Position numbers and translations under genes: made by a program. A DNA stretch of 64,000 nucleotides, taken from NCBI RefSeq assembly GCF_030028105.1, contig NC_092374.1, positions 174,864,057 to 174,928,056 of the forward strand. The letters run 5' to 3'. This stretch comes from Mobula birostris (taxonomy: Eukaryota). Of this stretch, positions 23,450-35,050 are shown piece after piece. The notes beneath the pieces are model-generated. The model was not told the DNA's origin and ran no database searches. It saw nothing but the letters and a program-made list of their open reading frames with translations. Numbering within the stretch: the stretch's first letter is position 1; every line of letters starts with the position of its first letter.

Positions 23450-25830
23450 AGCTGGGGAATTCAGGAAAGACTACAGAGACATCCTGAAACATTTCAATAT
23501 TACAAACGAGGTGTTGGTGTTCTTGAGCTGCATAAAAATGGATAAATCCATGGTCTGAATGAGAGTCTCCGAGGATATTATGGGAATGAAGGCAGAAATT
23601 GGTCGAGCCCTGGGAAGGGCTATTTACACAGTATCTCTAAATAATTAAATAAATAGTGAAGAGGATTATCATAAGTTACAGAGGGATCTTGATCTGCAGG
23701 GTAAATGGTTGATGAAATGTAAATTAGTTCAGATAAGTATAAGGTTCTGCAATTTAGGAAATCAAATCCAGGTACGACTTTCAAGGTGAGTGGTTGTGAA
23801 TACTGGAGAAGAGGTACCAAGGTCTTCAAGTACGTAATTCCCTGAAAGGTGCATCCCAGGTAGATAGTCATACTTTATTGATCCCAGGGGAAATTGGTTA
23901 GGGTGGCAAAGAAGGATTTTGGCAAGTTCACCTTCATCAGTCAAGACAATGAGTATAGAAATTGATTTATTATTTGTAGGACTTCAGTGCAGTTTCATTT
24001 GGATTATTGTGATCTGCTTTGGCCAATCTGCTCAGGAAAGAAGCCATTAGTTCGAATGCACTGCCTGAGTCAGTGGTGGAGGCAGATACTCTAGTGAAAT
24101 TTAAGAGACTACTAGACAGGTATATGGAGGAATTTAAGGTGGGGGGTTATATGGGAGACAGGGTTTGAGGGCCGGCACAACATTGTGGGCCAAAGGTCCT
24201 GTACTGTGCTGTACTGTTCTATGTTCTATGTTCTAAGTTGCAATGCACCAAAAGTGAGTTATCAGCATGTTCCTTGGGCTGGAAGGAGTGTTATGGAGAG
24301 TGGCTGAGCGGCTTGGGAGTTTTGTCATTGGAGATTAGGAGAATGAGGGGTGATCTTGTTAAAGTGTGTGACGAACAGGATGGATAATTGGTGGATGCTG
24401 TGTGCATGGATTTTCAGAAGACCTTTGATAAGGTGCCTCACATGAGGCTGTTTAACAAGAGCCCATGGTATTGCAGGCAAGATATCGCATGGATTGAGGA
24501 TTGGCTGATCGGCAGGAGGCTAGGAGTGGGAATAAAGGGAGCCTTTCCCTATTGGCTACCTGTGACTAGTGTTGTTCTGTAGTGATTGGTGTTTGGACCA
24601 CTTCTTGTTACATTGCATGTCAGTGATTTTGGTAATGGAATTGATGGCTTTGTGGCCAAGTTTGCAGATGATACGAAGAGAAGTGGAGGGGCAGGTAGTG
24701 CTGAGGAAGCAGAGAGGTTGCAGAAGGACTTTGCTGAGGAGAATGGACAAAGAAGTGACAGATGGAATACAGAGTCGGGAAGTGTACGGTCATACACTTT
24801 GGTAGAAGGAATGAAAGCATAGAATAAAAGCATCTGAATGGAGAGAAAATTCAAAAATCTGAGGTGGAATGAGACTTGGGAGACCTTGTGCAGGATTCCC
24901 TAAAGGTTAATTTGCAGGTTGAGTCACTGGTGAGGAAGGCAGCTGCAAAGTCGGTGTTCATTTCAAGAGAACTAGAACATAACAGCAAGGATGTAATGCT
25001 GAGCCTTTATGAGGCACAGGTGAGGCCTTATGTAGAGTGCTCTGAGCAGTTTTACACCCCTTGTTTAAGAAGGGATGTATTGACATTGGAGAGGGTTCAG
25101 AGGTTCACAAGAGTGATGAAATGGCAGAGCAGACTTGGGCCGAATTCTGCTCCTGTGTCTTATGGTGACATCTTGAGGGTTAATGCCCACAGTCTCTTTC
25201 CTGGGGTTGGGTAATCACAATCTGAGGGCAAAAGTTTCAGGTGGGAGTTAAGAGAACTTGCCAAAGGGCAGCAACGTCCCCCAGTAGGTGGTTCATCTTT
25301 GCTGAAGGTGGTCCCAGGTGAAGTGGTTGAGGCAGGTACATTAACAACATTTAAAAGGCACTTTGATAGAAACATGGATGGAAAATTTCAATGTGAAAGA
25401 AGTAGTTTTGTGAACCATCTGGAGGATGTTGCCCCTGGTCGAGTTGTTCACTTGCATCATCATCTTTCGAGGGAGACGGAAAACGCTGATGAATGGGACA
25501 CTTGGATAGGAGTTTTAGTTGGGCTGAAGGGCCTGTTTCTGAGATGTGTGACTCTCTGACTCCTCGGCCACACATATTCCGATTTCTACCCTCACTGGCA
25601 CAGAGTAATTCACTACAACTCTAGATCCTGCTTTTTGTCTTCAGCCACACCCCCATAAATACTCTCTGCAGGACCACACCTCTCTGCCTATTTCTTTGGT
25701 ACCAACACCTACCATGACCTCTGACTTTTCAACCTCCCCCTTCAGAACCTCTGTACCACTCTGACCCTTCCCTGACCCTGGCACCAGGGAGGCATCACAC
25801 CTTCCTGGGCTCAGCATGAGGAGCACGTGT
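23450..25830. mobile_element. Cluster of degenerate CR1 fragments
   Basis: MDFQKTFDKVPH, KFADDTK, VRPYVECSEQFYTP remnants. Confidence 0.75.
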
Positions 25831-25982
25831 CTTTACCCCTCTGTAACGATTCCTCGACCACCAACACTCACCATGACTTTTCCCTCCCCTGCTGTGGGTC
25901 AGAGCCAGCAGTGGTACCACAATCTCAGCAGTTGTTACTGTTTCTCCATGTGAGATTTTTCCCCCAGCAGTGTCCGATATGG

Positions 25983-28708
25983 CAGGGGTCCCAAACCTTT
26001 ATTGCACTATGGACCGGTTTAATATTGACAGTATTCTTGCGGACCAGCCGACCTGGGGGGGTGGGGGGTGGTAGGGTTGCCAACGGACAAGAGTAGAAGT
26101 CAAATACGTTAGATTCTGGACTAGTTCCTGAGGATTGGAGGGTGGCTAATGTAACCCCACTTTTTAAAAAAGGAGGGAGAGAGAAACCAGGGAATTATAG
26201 ACCGGTTAGCCTAACGTCGGTGGTGGGGAAACTGCTGGAGTCAGTTATCAAAGGTGTGATAACAGCACATTTGGAAAGCGGTGAAATCATCGGACAAAGG
26301 CAGCATGGATTTGTAAAAGGAAAATCATGTCTGACGAATCTCATAGAATTTTTTGAGGATGTAACTAGTAGAGTGGATAGGGGAGAACCAGTGGATGTGG
26401 TATATTTGGATTTTCAAAAGGCTTTTGACAAGGTCCCACACAGGAGATTAGTGTGCAAACTTAAAGCACACGGTATTGGGGGTAAGGTATTGATGTGGAT
26501 AGAGAATTGGTTAGCAGACAGGAAGCAAAGAGTGGGAATAAACGGGACCTTTTCAGAATGGCAGGCGGTGACTAGTGGGGTACCGCAAGGTTCAGTGCTG
26601 GGACCCCAGTTGTTTACAATATATATTAATGACTTGGATGAGGGAGTTAAATGCAGCATCTCCAAGTTTGCGGATGACACGAAGCTGGGTGGCAGTGTTA
26701 GCTGTGAGGAGGATGCTAAGAGGATGCAGGGTGACTTGGATAGGTTGGGTGAGTGGGCAAATTCATGGCAGATGCAATTTAATGTGGATAAATGTGAAGT
26801 TATCCACTTTGGTGGCAAAAATAGGAAAACAGATTATTATCTGAATGGTGGCCGATTAGGAAAAGGGGAGGTGCAACGAGACCTGGGTGACATTATACAC
26901 CAGTCATTGAAAGTGGGCATGCAGGTACAGCAGGCGGTGAAAAAGGCGAATGGTATGCTGGCATTTATAGCGAGAGGATTCGAGTACAGGAGCAGGGAGG
27001 TACTACTGCAGTTGTACAAGGCCTTGGTGAGACCACACCTGGAGTATTGTGTGCAGTTTTGGTCCCCTAATCTGAGGAAAGACATCCTTGCCATAGAGGG
27101 AGTACAGAGAAGGTTCACCAGATTGATTCCTGGGATGGCAGGACTTTCATATGAGGAAAGACTGGATCAACTAGGCTTATACTCGTTGGAATTTAGAAGA
27201 TTGAGGGGGGATCTGATTGAAACGTATAAAATCCTAAAGGGATTGGACAGGCTAGATGCAGGAAGATTGTTCCCGATGTGGGGAAGTCCAGAACAAGGGG
27301 TCACAGTTTGAGGATAAAGGGGAAGCCTTCTAGGACCGAGATTAGGAAAAACTTCTTCATACAGAGAGTGGTGAATCTGTGGAATTCTCTGCCACAGGAA
27401 ACAGTTGAGGCCAGTTCATTGGCTATATTTAAGAGGGAGTTAGATGTGGCCCTTGTGGCTACGGGGGTCAGGGGGTATGGAGGGAAGGCTGGGGCGGTGT
27501 TCTGAGTTGGATGATCAGCCATGATCATAATAAATGGCGGTGCAGGCTCGAAGGGCCGAATGGCCTACTCCTGCACCTATTTTCTATGTTGTGTTTACCC
27601 ATAGAAAGACTACAATGACCATGAAGCCTTGTGCGGGCAACAGTACGCATGCATGACCTCTGCAAGTGTGTACCTGCCGTTTTTCTACAAATCGTTTTTG
27701 GCGATTCTGTTCGGTGGGGGGGGGGGCGGGTTGAGGGAGGTTAATCACGACCGGAATATAGGTGATAAGTGGCATAGACACTCAATCTCGTTTCTAAAAG
27801 GCTTTATCTAATGAATTTAATATTAAACACACAGCGCATATTTTCCTCGCATGAATATAGTGATAAGTCAATTATCAGGGGAGGACAGGGGAGCTTGAAG
27901 TAAGTGTTGAATGAACTTCCAGTCGAAGTGGCAGAGGCAGGTTCGATATTATCATTTAAAGAAAAATTGGATAGGTATATGGACAGGAAAGGAATACGGG
28001 GTTATGGGCTGAGTGCCGGTCGGTGGGACTAGGTGAGAGTAGCGTTTGGCACGGTCTAGAAGGGCCGAGATCGCCTGTTTCTGTGCTGTAATTGTTATAT
28101 GGTTATATAGGTCAATAGCATCATAACATTTTAAGTAACGTTTGGATATTAAACACACAGCACATATTTTCCCCGTATGAACATATAAAATCATTGCAAC
28201 ACATCAATATCGCTGAATCAGTGGGAGCCCTGGGCTTGTTTCCCTGCAACAAGACGGTCCTATTGAGGGGTGATGGGAGACAGCGATACTCGAAGGGGGT
28301 TCCTTATATCCAGTCTATTCCGCAGTTTAGTTTTCGTTGCATTCATTGCAGCAAACTCCGCTTCGTAGAAAAATGTTGGAAATGGAAGCAACGTTTTCAA
28401 GTTTTCGTGGCTATCTCAGGATATTTAGCCTTGACTTTGATCCAGAATGCTGGCAGAGATGTTATGTCAAACATACTTTTCAGCCTGCCGTCATTTGCAA
28501 GCTCGGTGATTTAATCTTCTTCCCGCGCTGACATGGATGACGCGTGGATAATGACCTCCCGTGTGTTCAAGCTCAACAGAGCACGTGACAGGGAATGAGG
28601 AAAGATGCAGCTGACTCATATCGCCAAATCACATCGTTTTCTCGCGGCCCAGCAGCACATGCTTTGCGGCCCGGTACCGGTCCGCGGCCTGGTGGTTGGG
28701 GACCGCTG
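25983..28708. mobile_element. hAT MITE with perfect 8-bp TSD, carrying a CR1 insertion
   Basis: CGATATGG at 25975-82 and 28709-16; CAGGGGTCCC / GGGGACCGCTG termini. Confidence 0.9.
26110..27588 (+). mobile_element. CR1 LINE 3' half (RT ORF 26142-27311 plus 3' UTR)
   Basis: NYRPVSLTS, GVPQGSVLGP, KFADDTK; tail cctattttctatgtt. Confidence 0.95.
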
Positions 28709-29967
28709 CGATATGGTATACGTGTTTGAGATTATTCCCCCAGCAGTGTCCGATACGGTATACGTGTTTGAGATTATTCCCCCAACAGTGTCTGATATGG
28801 TATACGTGTTTGTGATTATTCCCCCAGCAGTGTCCGATACGGTATACGTGTTTGAGATTATTCCCCCAGCAGTGTCCGATATGGTATATGTGTTTGAGAT
28901 TATTCCCCCAGCAGTGTCCGATATAGTATACGTGTTTGAGATTATTCCTCAGCAGTATCCGATACCGTATATGTGTTTGAGATTATTCCTCAGCAGTGTC
29001 CAATACGGTATACGTGTTTGAGATTATTCCTCAGCAGTGTCCGATACGGTATACGTGTTTGAGATTATTCCCCCAGCAGTGTCCGATACCGTATATGTGT
29101 TTGAGATTATTCCCCCAGCAGTGTCCGATACAGTATACGTGTTTGAGATTATTCCCCCAGCAGTGTCTGATATGGTATACGTGTTTGAGATTATTCCCCA
29201 GCAGTGTCCGATACGGTATCCGTGTTTGAGATTATTCTCCAGCAGTGTCCGATACGGTATCCGTGTTTGAGATTATTCTCCAGCAGTGTCCAATATGGTA
29301 TACGTGTTTGAGATTATTCCCCAGCAGTGTCCGATACGGTATCCGTGTTTGAGATTATTTCCCCAGCAGTGTCCGATACGGTATCCGTGTTTGAGATTAT
29401 TCCCCCAGCAGTGTCCGATATGGTATATGTGTTTGAGATTATTTCCCCAGCAGTGTCCGATACGGTATACGTGTTTGAGATTATTCTCCAGCAGTGTCCG
29501 ATACGGTATCCGTGTTTGAGATTATTTCCCCAGCAGTGTCCGATACGGTATACGTGTTTGAGATTATTTCCCCAGCAGTGTTCGATACGGTATACGTGTT
29601 TGAGATTATTTCCCCAGCAGTGTCCGATACGGTATACGTGTTTGAGATTATTTCCCCAGCAGTGTCCGATATGGTATACGTGTTTGAGATTATTTCCCCA
29701 GCAGTGTCCGATACGGTATACGTGTTTGAGATTATTTCCCCAGCAGTGTCCGATACGGTATACATGTTTGAGATTATTTCCCCAGCAGTGTCCGATACGG
29801 TATACGTATTTGAGATTATTCCCCCAGCAGTGTCCGATATGGTATACGTGTTTGAGATTATTTCCCCAGCAGTGTCCGATACGGTATACATGTTTGAGAT
29901 TATTCCCCAGCAGTGTCCGATACGGTATACATGTTTGAGATTATTTCCCCAGTGGTGTCTGATATGA
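28709..29967. repeat. 41-42-bp minisatellite (ccgatacggtatacgtgtttgagattattcccccagcagtgt)
   Basis: About 30 units; one seed unit at about 25950; the array continues at 31620-32140. Confidence 0.97.
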
Positions 29968-31619
29968 CAGGCGTCCCTAACCTTTTTTGCACCGCGGACC
30001 GGTTTAATATTGACAATATTCTTGCGGACCGGCCGACTGGGGTGGTGGGGGTGTTCAAGTAGGGTTAAACTCACCTCAACATGTCTTTTACAGTTAGAGT
30101 TGCCAACTTTCTCACTCCCAAATAAGGTACTAAAGTAGCAGTCAAATCCTGGGGCACTTTGCCCTAGAAACGACAACCATGACATGAACCCTTGCGCGGG
30201 CACCTGTGTGCACGTCTGTGCCGATTTTTTTCTCCCACAAATTGGTTTTGCCTTCATCTTCCCGACTACACTGTACATACATTATTTCTACTTTATATAG
30301 GCTATGTATTGTGACGAAAGAGGGTTACAAAAGTACACATAGATTAACTGTCCTGTGCTGGCACCAGGGAGATCAGCAGTTGGTCTGCCACCTGTCTGCA
30401 GGAGAGAGAGAGAGAGATAAGGAAAACAATGGAGCAGCATTTGGAGATGTTAATGAAGGAGACATCAGTCTGGGTATTTGTCAAGATCGGCTCCGTTTGA
30501 ACCCTGAACTGTTTGAAGTGTAATGGACAGGCGATACCCCAGCAGGGGGATAAAAAGGGACAGGTTCGCTAAGGCAGACACACACGACACCACGAGGTAA
30601 CGAGACCCTGGAAGCGGTGCCCCCCTCGAAAGTCGGCGGGAGTCTTTTGGAGGGCTGGTTGCGGAACCAAGCCATAGACGCACAGGGTGGAAAGGTACGG
30701 ATCGGCGGGAGCCTGGTGTGTGTCCGCCCTTGCCTGGGTGCCAGGTTCACTGCAGAGGATCGACCGTATCTGAAGGAGGGGTCACAGTCAGTGACCTCAG
30801 AAGACATTACAAAGGGCTCGCCTGAAAGCTGCCTGTGAGCAATATCGGAAGGTCTGTGTGGAAGCCGTTTGAATATTCATTCGCCTCTGCTCCGCTCTCT
30901 TCCTCCCCCGCCTTGTCCAATGGCACGACAGTGATTACTGTGAACTGAACTGAACCCAATTGAACTGAACTTTGCGTCACTTTGAAACTGGTCATTTACC
31001 CCTAGATGACGATAGAGCTTGATTGATCCTGTTATCCTAGATCTGTGTACATGTGTGTTTATTCATTGCTAACCTGTTGCATTTGTATCCTTACTATTAG
31101 AGTACTGTGTTGCTTGTTTCTTTAATAAAACTTTCTTAGTTCTACTGATCCAGACTCCAAATGAGTGATCCATTTCTGCTGGTTTGGCAACCCAGTTACG
31201 GGGTACATAACAGTATGCATCATATCATTCCTGCTTTTACTATATGTTAGTGTTATTTATTTTTGGTTTTATGTGTTATTTGGTATGATTTGTTAGGTTA
31301 TTTTTAGGGTCTGGGAACGCTCAAAAACTTTTCCCATATAAATCAATGGTAATTGCTTCTTCGCTTCACGCCATTTCGGCACGAAAGGTTTCATAGGTAC
31401 GCTCTATCTTAGCGGGGGAAATACAGGAGAAACCAATTTAGCCCAATATACAGGATGTCCCGACAAATACGAGACAGTTGGCAACCCTATGTTCAAGTTC
31501 AACAGTGCGTGACAGGGAATGAGGAAAGGTGCAGCTGACTCATATCGTTTCCTCATGGCCTGGTAGCACATGCTCTGCGGCCCTGTACTGGTCTGCGGCC
31601 CAGTGGTTGGGGACCGCTG
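29968..31619. mobile_element. hAT MITE interrupted by a solo LTR
   Basis: CAGGCGTCCCTAACC ... GGTTGGGGACCGCTG; flanks tgatatga/cgatacgg are consistent with a CpG-decayed TSD. Confidence 0.8.
30310..31212 (+). mobile_element. Solo LTR (Gypsy-like), 903 bp
   Basis: TGTGACG...CATAACA termini, 4-bp TSD GTAT, internal AATAAA near 31125. Confidence 0.85.
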
Positions 31620-32140
31620 CGATACGGTATCCGTGTTTGAGATTATTCCCCAGCACTGTCCGATACGGTATACATGTTTGAGATTATTTCCCCAGCAGTG
31701 TCGGATACGGTATACGTGTTTGAGATTATTACCCAGCAGTGTCCGATACAGTATACGTGTTTGAGATTATTCCCCCAGCAGTGTCGGATACGGTATACGT
31801 GTTTGAGATTATTCCCCAGCAGTGTCCGATACGGTATACGTGTTTGAGATTATTCCCCCAGCAGTGTCGGATACGGTATACGTGTTTGAGATTATTCCCC
31901 CAGCAGTGTCCGATACGGTATACGTGTTTGAGATTATTCCCCCAGCAGTGTCCGATATGGTATACGTGTTTGAGATTATTACCCCAGCAGTGTCCGATAT
32001 GGTATACGTGTTTGAGATTATTCCCCAGCAGTGTCCGATATGGTATACGTGTTTGAGATTATTCCCCCAGCAGTGTCCGATATGGTATACGTGTTTGAGA
32101 TTATTCCCCCAGCAGTGTCCGATATGGTATACGTGTTTGA
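31620..32140. repeat. 41-42-bp minisatellite, second block
   Basis: Same unit as 28709-29967. Confidence 0.95.
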
Positions 32141-32989
32141 GAGGGCAGTGACCACTGAGAGTCCCTGACACGACCTGCCTGTCCTTACTGTCCTACCTGG
32201 TGTCACCCATCTCCTCCTCCTCGACTTGTGATGTGACCAGATCACTAAGTGGACCTTTTACCGGATTTTCTGCATCTGAACTGCCCCAGAGTCCAGCAGC
32301 TCTGTGTGTTCTGCCATGAGCTGTGACTGGACACATGTCCTGCAGTGTTAGTGGTGAGTGGAAATGTCTCTACTCTCATGTCCTGCAGGAGGGACAGACC
32401 AATGTCCTCACCTCCCCAGTCTCCTCTCTGTGGAGAGAAAATAGTCACCTGTAAGAATAGGTGAGTGTTTGCTCCAGTTGTCACATCACAGTGCATCGAA
32501 ACATCTGTGAAATGTGTCATTTGCCTCATTGATCAACACAATCTGAGGATGTTTTGGGGGAAGCCTGCAAGTGTTACTTTGCTTCTCGTCAGTGTCCCCT
32601 CTGATTTGTAATGACCAGTGTGGTCAAAAACCTTGTGCTGGGCACGTTTTTGCCCCGCGACAATAACATGCGCACAGTGAATTTTTCAGTGGAAGTGAAC
32701 CTGAAGCAATTCTGAGGATAATAAATTACCGCGTTCGGTTAGTTGTTTAAAAGAAATAAAATAATACACATCATTGAGTTTTATTTCTCATATGCAATAG
32801 CCAGTTCTGAAATCTGCGGGCAAGTCGTCATAAACACCAGGTTGTCAACACTGTTCACATCAGAAACTGGAAAAGTGATTGTGTATGATTGTGAAATATA
32901 CTTAACATGGCAACGAGGTCGAGGGTGACAACCCCTTGTGCGCAGTTTAAATTCCTTTGTGCGCAAGTAGCACACCATGCCCAAACGTA

Positions 32990-33150
32990 TAACCTGTACG
33001 TCTGTGTCATGTGGGGGGAAACCGGAGCTCCGAGATGAAACTCAAACATTCATGTGCAGAATGTACAAACTCCTTGCAGAGCTTAGCTGGAATTGAACCC
33101 AGATCCTTGACGCTATAAAGTGCTATGCTAACCACTACATTACCGTCCAA
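32990..33150 (-). mobile_element. tRNA-derived SINE fragment
   Basis: gaaaccggagc...ggaattgaaccc...gctaaccactac, the antisense of a tRNA-like head. Confidence 0.55.
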
Positions 33151-33519
33151 TCCCTTCACTAAAGGCCAAATATTATCTCGTAGAATGGCCGCTCCTTCTT
33201 TTTCTACCCTTCCTATTGCTTTCCTCCACCAGTGATCCCACAAATTCCTCCTGTCCCACTGTTGCCTCTGGTTCTGTCGACTGAGCGACGTCCTGACCAT
33301 CAATGGAGAATGTGTCGGACAGTTAGATCCTGTCTCTGCTTTGAATGTTCCCCTTGGGGTGAGGGGTCAGTCCTGATTCTCCGGTTCTGGGACCCTGATT
33401 CTCTCAGGAGAAGTTGGGGGTGGACTCCAGGGATTTGGGTCTCAGGGTGCTGATTTCAGATATGGGTTCTCCTTGCAATCTGGACTCCAAGCCTCTCTAA
33501 CTCTCTGCTCCGGTTCCAG

Positions 33520-33780
33520 GCTCTCACTCTCTCCGTTATTTCTTCACGGGAGTGACTCCGGGGTCGGGAGTCCCTGAGATAATGACAGTTGGGTACGTGG
33601 ACGAAGAGCCGATCATTTACTATGACAGTGAGTTGGGGAAGGCGGTGCCCCGTCAGCAGTGGATGGTGGAGAGTCAGGGAGACGACTACTGGGAGCGGAA
33701 CACACAGATCTATCAGGGATGGGATCAGTGGTTCAAGGCCAACATCCCAATCGCCATGAGCCGGACCAACCAGACAGGGG
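33520..33780 (+). CDS. MHC class I alpha1 exon
   Basis: ttccag|(G)SHSLRYFFTGVTPGSGVPEIMTVGYVDEEPIIYYDSELGKAVPRQQWMVESQGDDYWERNTQIYQGWDQWFKANIPIAMSRTNQTG|gtgagt; Y7, Y59, R84 and the N86 glycan site present. Confidence 0.97.
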
Positions 33781-33789
33781 GTGAGTGGT

Positions 33790-34400
33790 GAACAACATGG
33801 GGGGGGGTGATGGGAGGGACCGGGTATGATGGGTGTAATGGGGAGCAATGGGAGGGATTATGGAGGGGAGGGGGAACAGGGTGACTGTGGGGGGGGATAG
33901 GGGTGACTGTGGCAATTGTGGAGGGTAGGTGTGACTGGGGATTGTGGGAAGGACGGATTAACTGAGAATGGGGGGGTAACTATGGGGATTGGGGGAAGGG
34001 TAACTGGGGATTATGGGGGGATGGGACGGGCAACTGTGGGGATTGTGGGGGGGATGAGGAAACTGGGGATTGTGGGGTGCGCGGGTGTAACTGGGGATTT
34101 TGGGGAGATGGGTGTAACTGGGGATTGGGAAAACAAGAGTAACTGGGGATTGGGGGACAGTTGTAACTGGCGATTGTGGGGGGACGGGAGTAACTGTGGG
34201 TATTGGGATGGCGGTAATTGGAGATTGGGATGGGGTAACGGGATTGTGGAGGGAACAGGAGTAACTGGGGAATGCTGGGGTATGGGATGGGTTAACTGTG
34301 GGGATTGGGGGACGGGATGGGGTAACTGAGGGGGGGATGGGACAACTGGGAATTGTGGGTGGGGGGAGGGGGAAACTGTGGGGATTGTAGGGGATGGGGA
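33790..34400 (+). repeat. G-rich intron-2 satellite (ggggtaactggggattgtggg-like), left block
   Basis: Dense GGG runs with strong G skew. Confidence 0.9.
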
Positions 34401-35050
34401 TAACAGTCCGGTGTTAACGCCAGCAAGAGCTTTTGGATAAACTAGGGGGCCTGGTGGGGCGGGCACTGTCACTGGGATAATGCCTTTAACATCCAAGGTT
34501 TTACGGTAATCCTTCCTGTCTGCCTGTCAAAGATGAGCATAGCCGCGCCTGGGATTAAAACAGAGATTGTATGAGCTGGGTGTGAAATTTGTGACAGATG
34601 GTGCACCATAGATCCAATGCGCTTTGGTTTAACGAGGGGGGGCAGTGCTAACAGCCACTGTCAGGTGGGGGTCTGCAGGTCTCCTGTGAGAGAGCCCCTC
34701 TGTTTTCTATCGGTCTCGCTGTTGGTTGTTAAATTCTACTGCTATTCCCAGCCCTTTGGGGCTGAAGAACAGAAGGATCCCGGTCCCGGTTCTCAAGGTC
34801 TCCGTGTCTCCAACACAGGGGGCTGCCTGCTCATCGTAGGTGGGATCTGCGCCCTGCCCGTACAAAGCGGTGCAGTGAAGCATCTTGCTTTCCCGGCCGG
34901 TTTCCAGGAGCTATTGCAAATACTGTCCTTGCAAGTCAGAGGAATCCCTCAGGGCTGTGCATGGTTGTTGTACGAGGGGGGAATAAGGTTTGCAACCCAG
35001 TTGCCAGCAGTACGATACCGGAGTATCACAACAATCATTCACTCCTCCAG
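34400..35050 (-). mobile_element. Possible ERV env (SU-like) remnant
   Basis: Cys-rich decayed frames (CCDTPVSYCWQLGCKPY); lies where env would fall relative to gag-pro. Confidence 0.35.

Noticed and set aside
28605-32171. Cys-rich (PQQCPIRYTCLRLF)n and (SDTVYVFEIIPPAV)n ORFs
   Set aside because: Translation of the 41-42-bp minisatellite; unit length varies and breaks frame.
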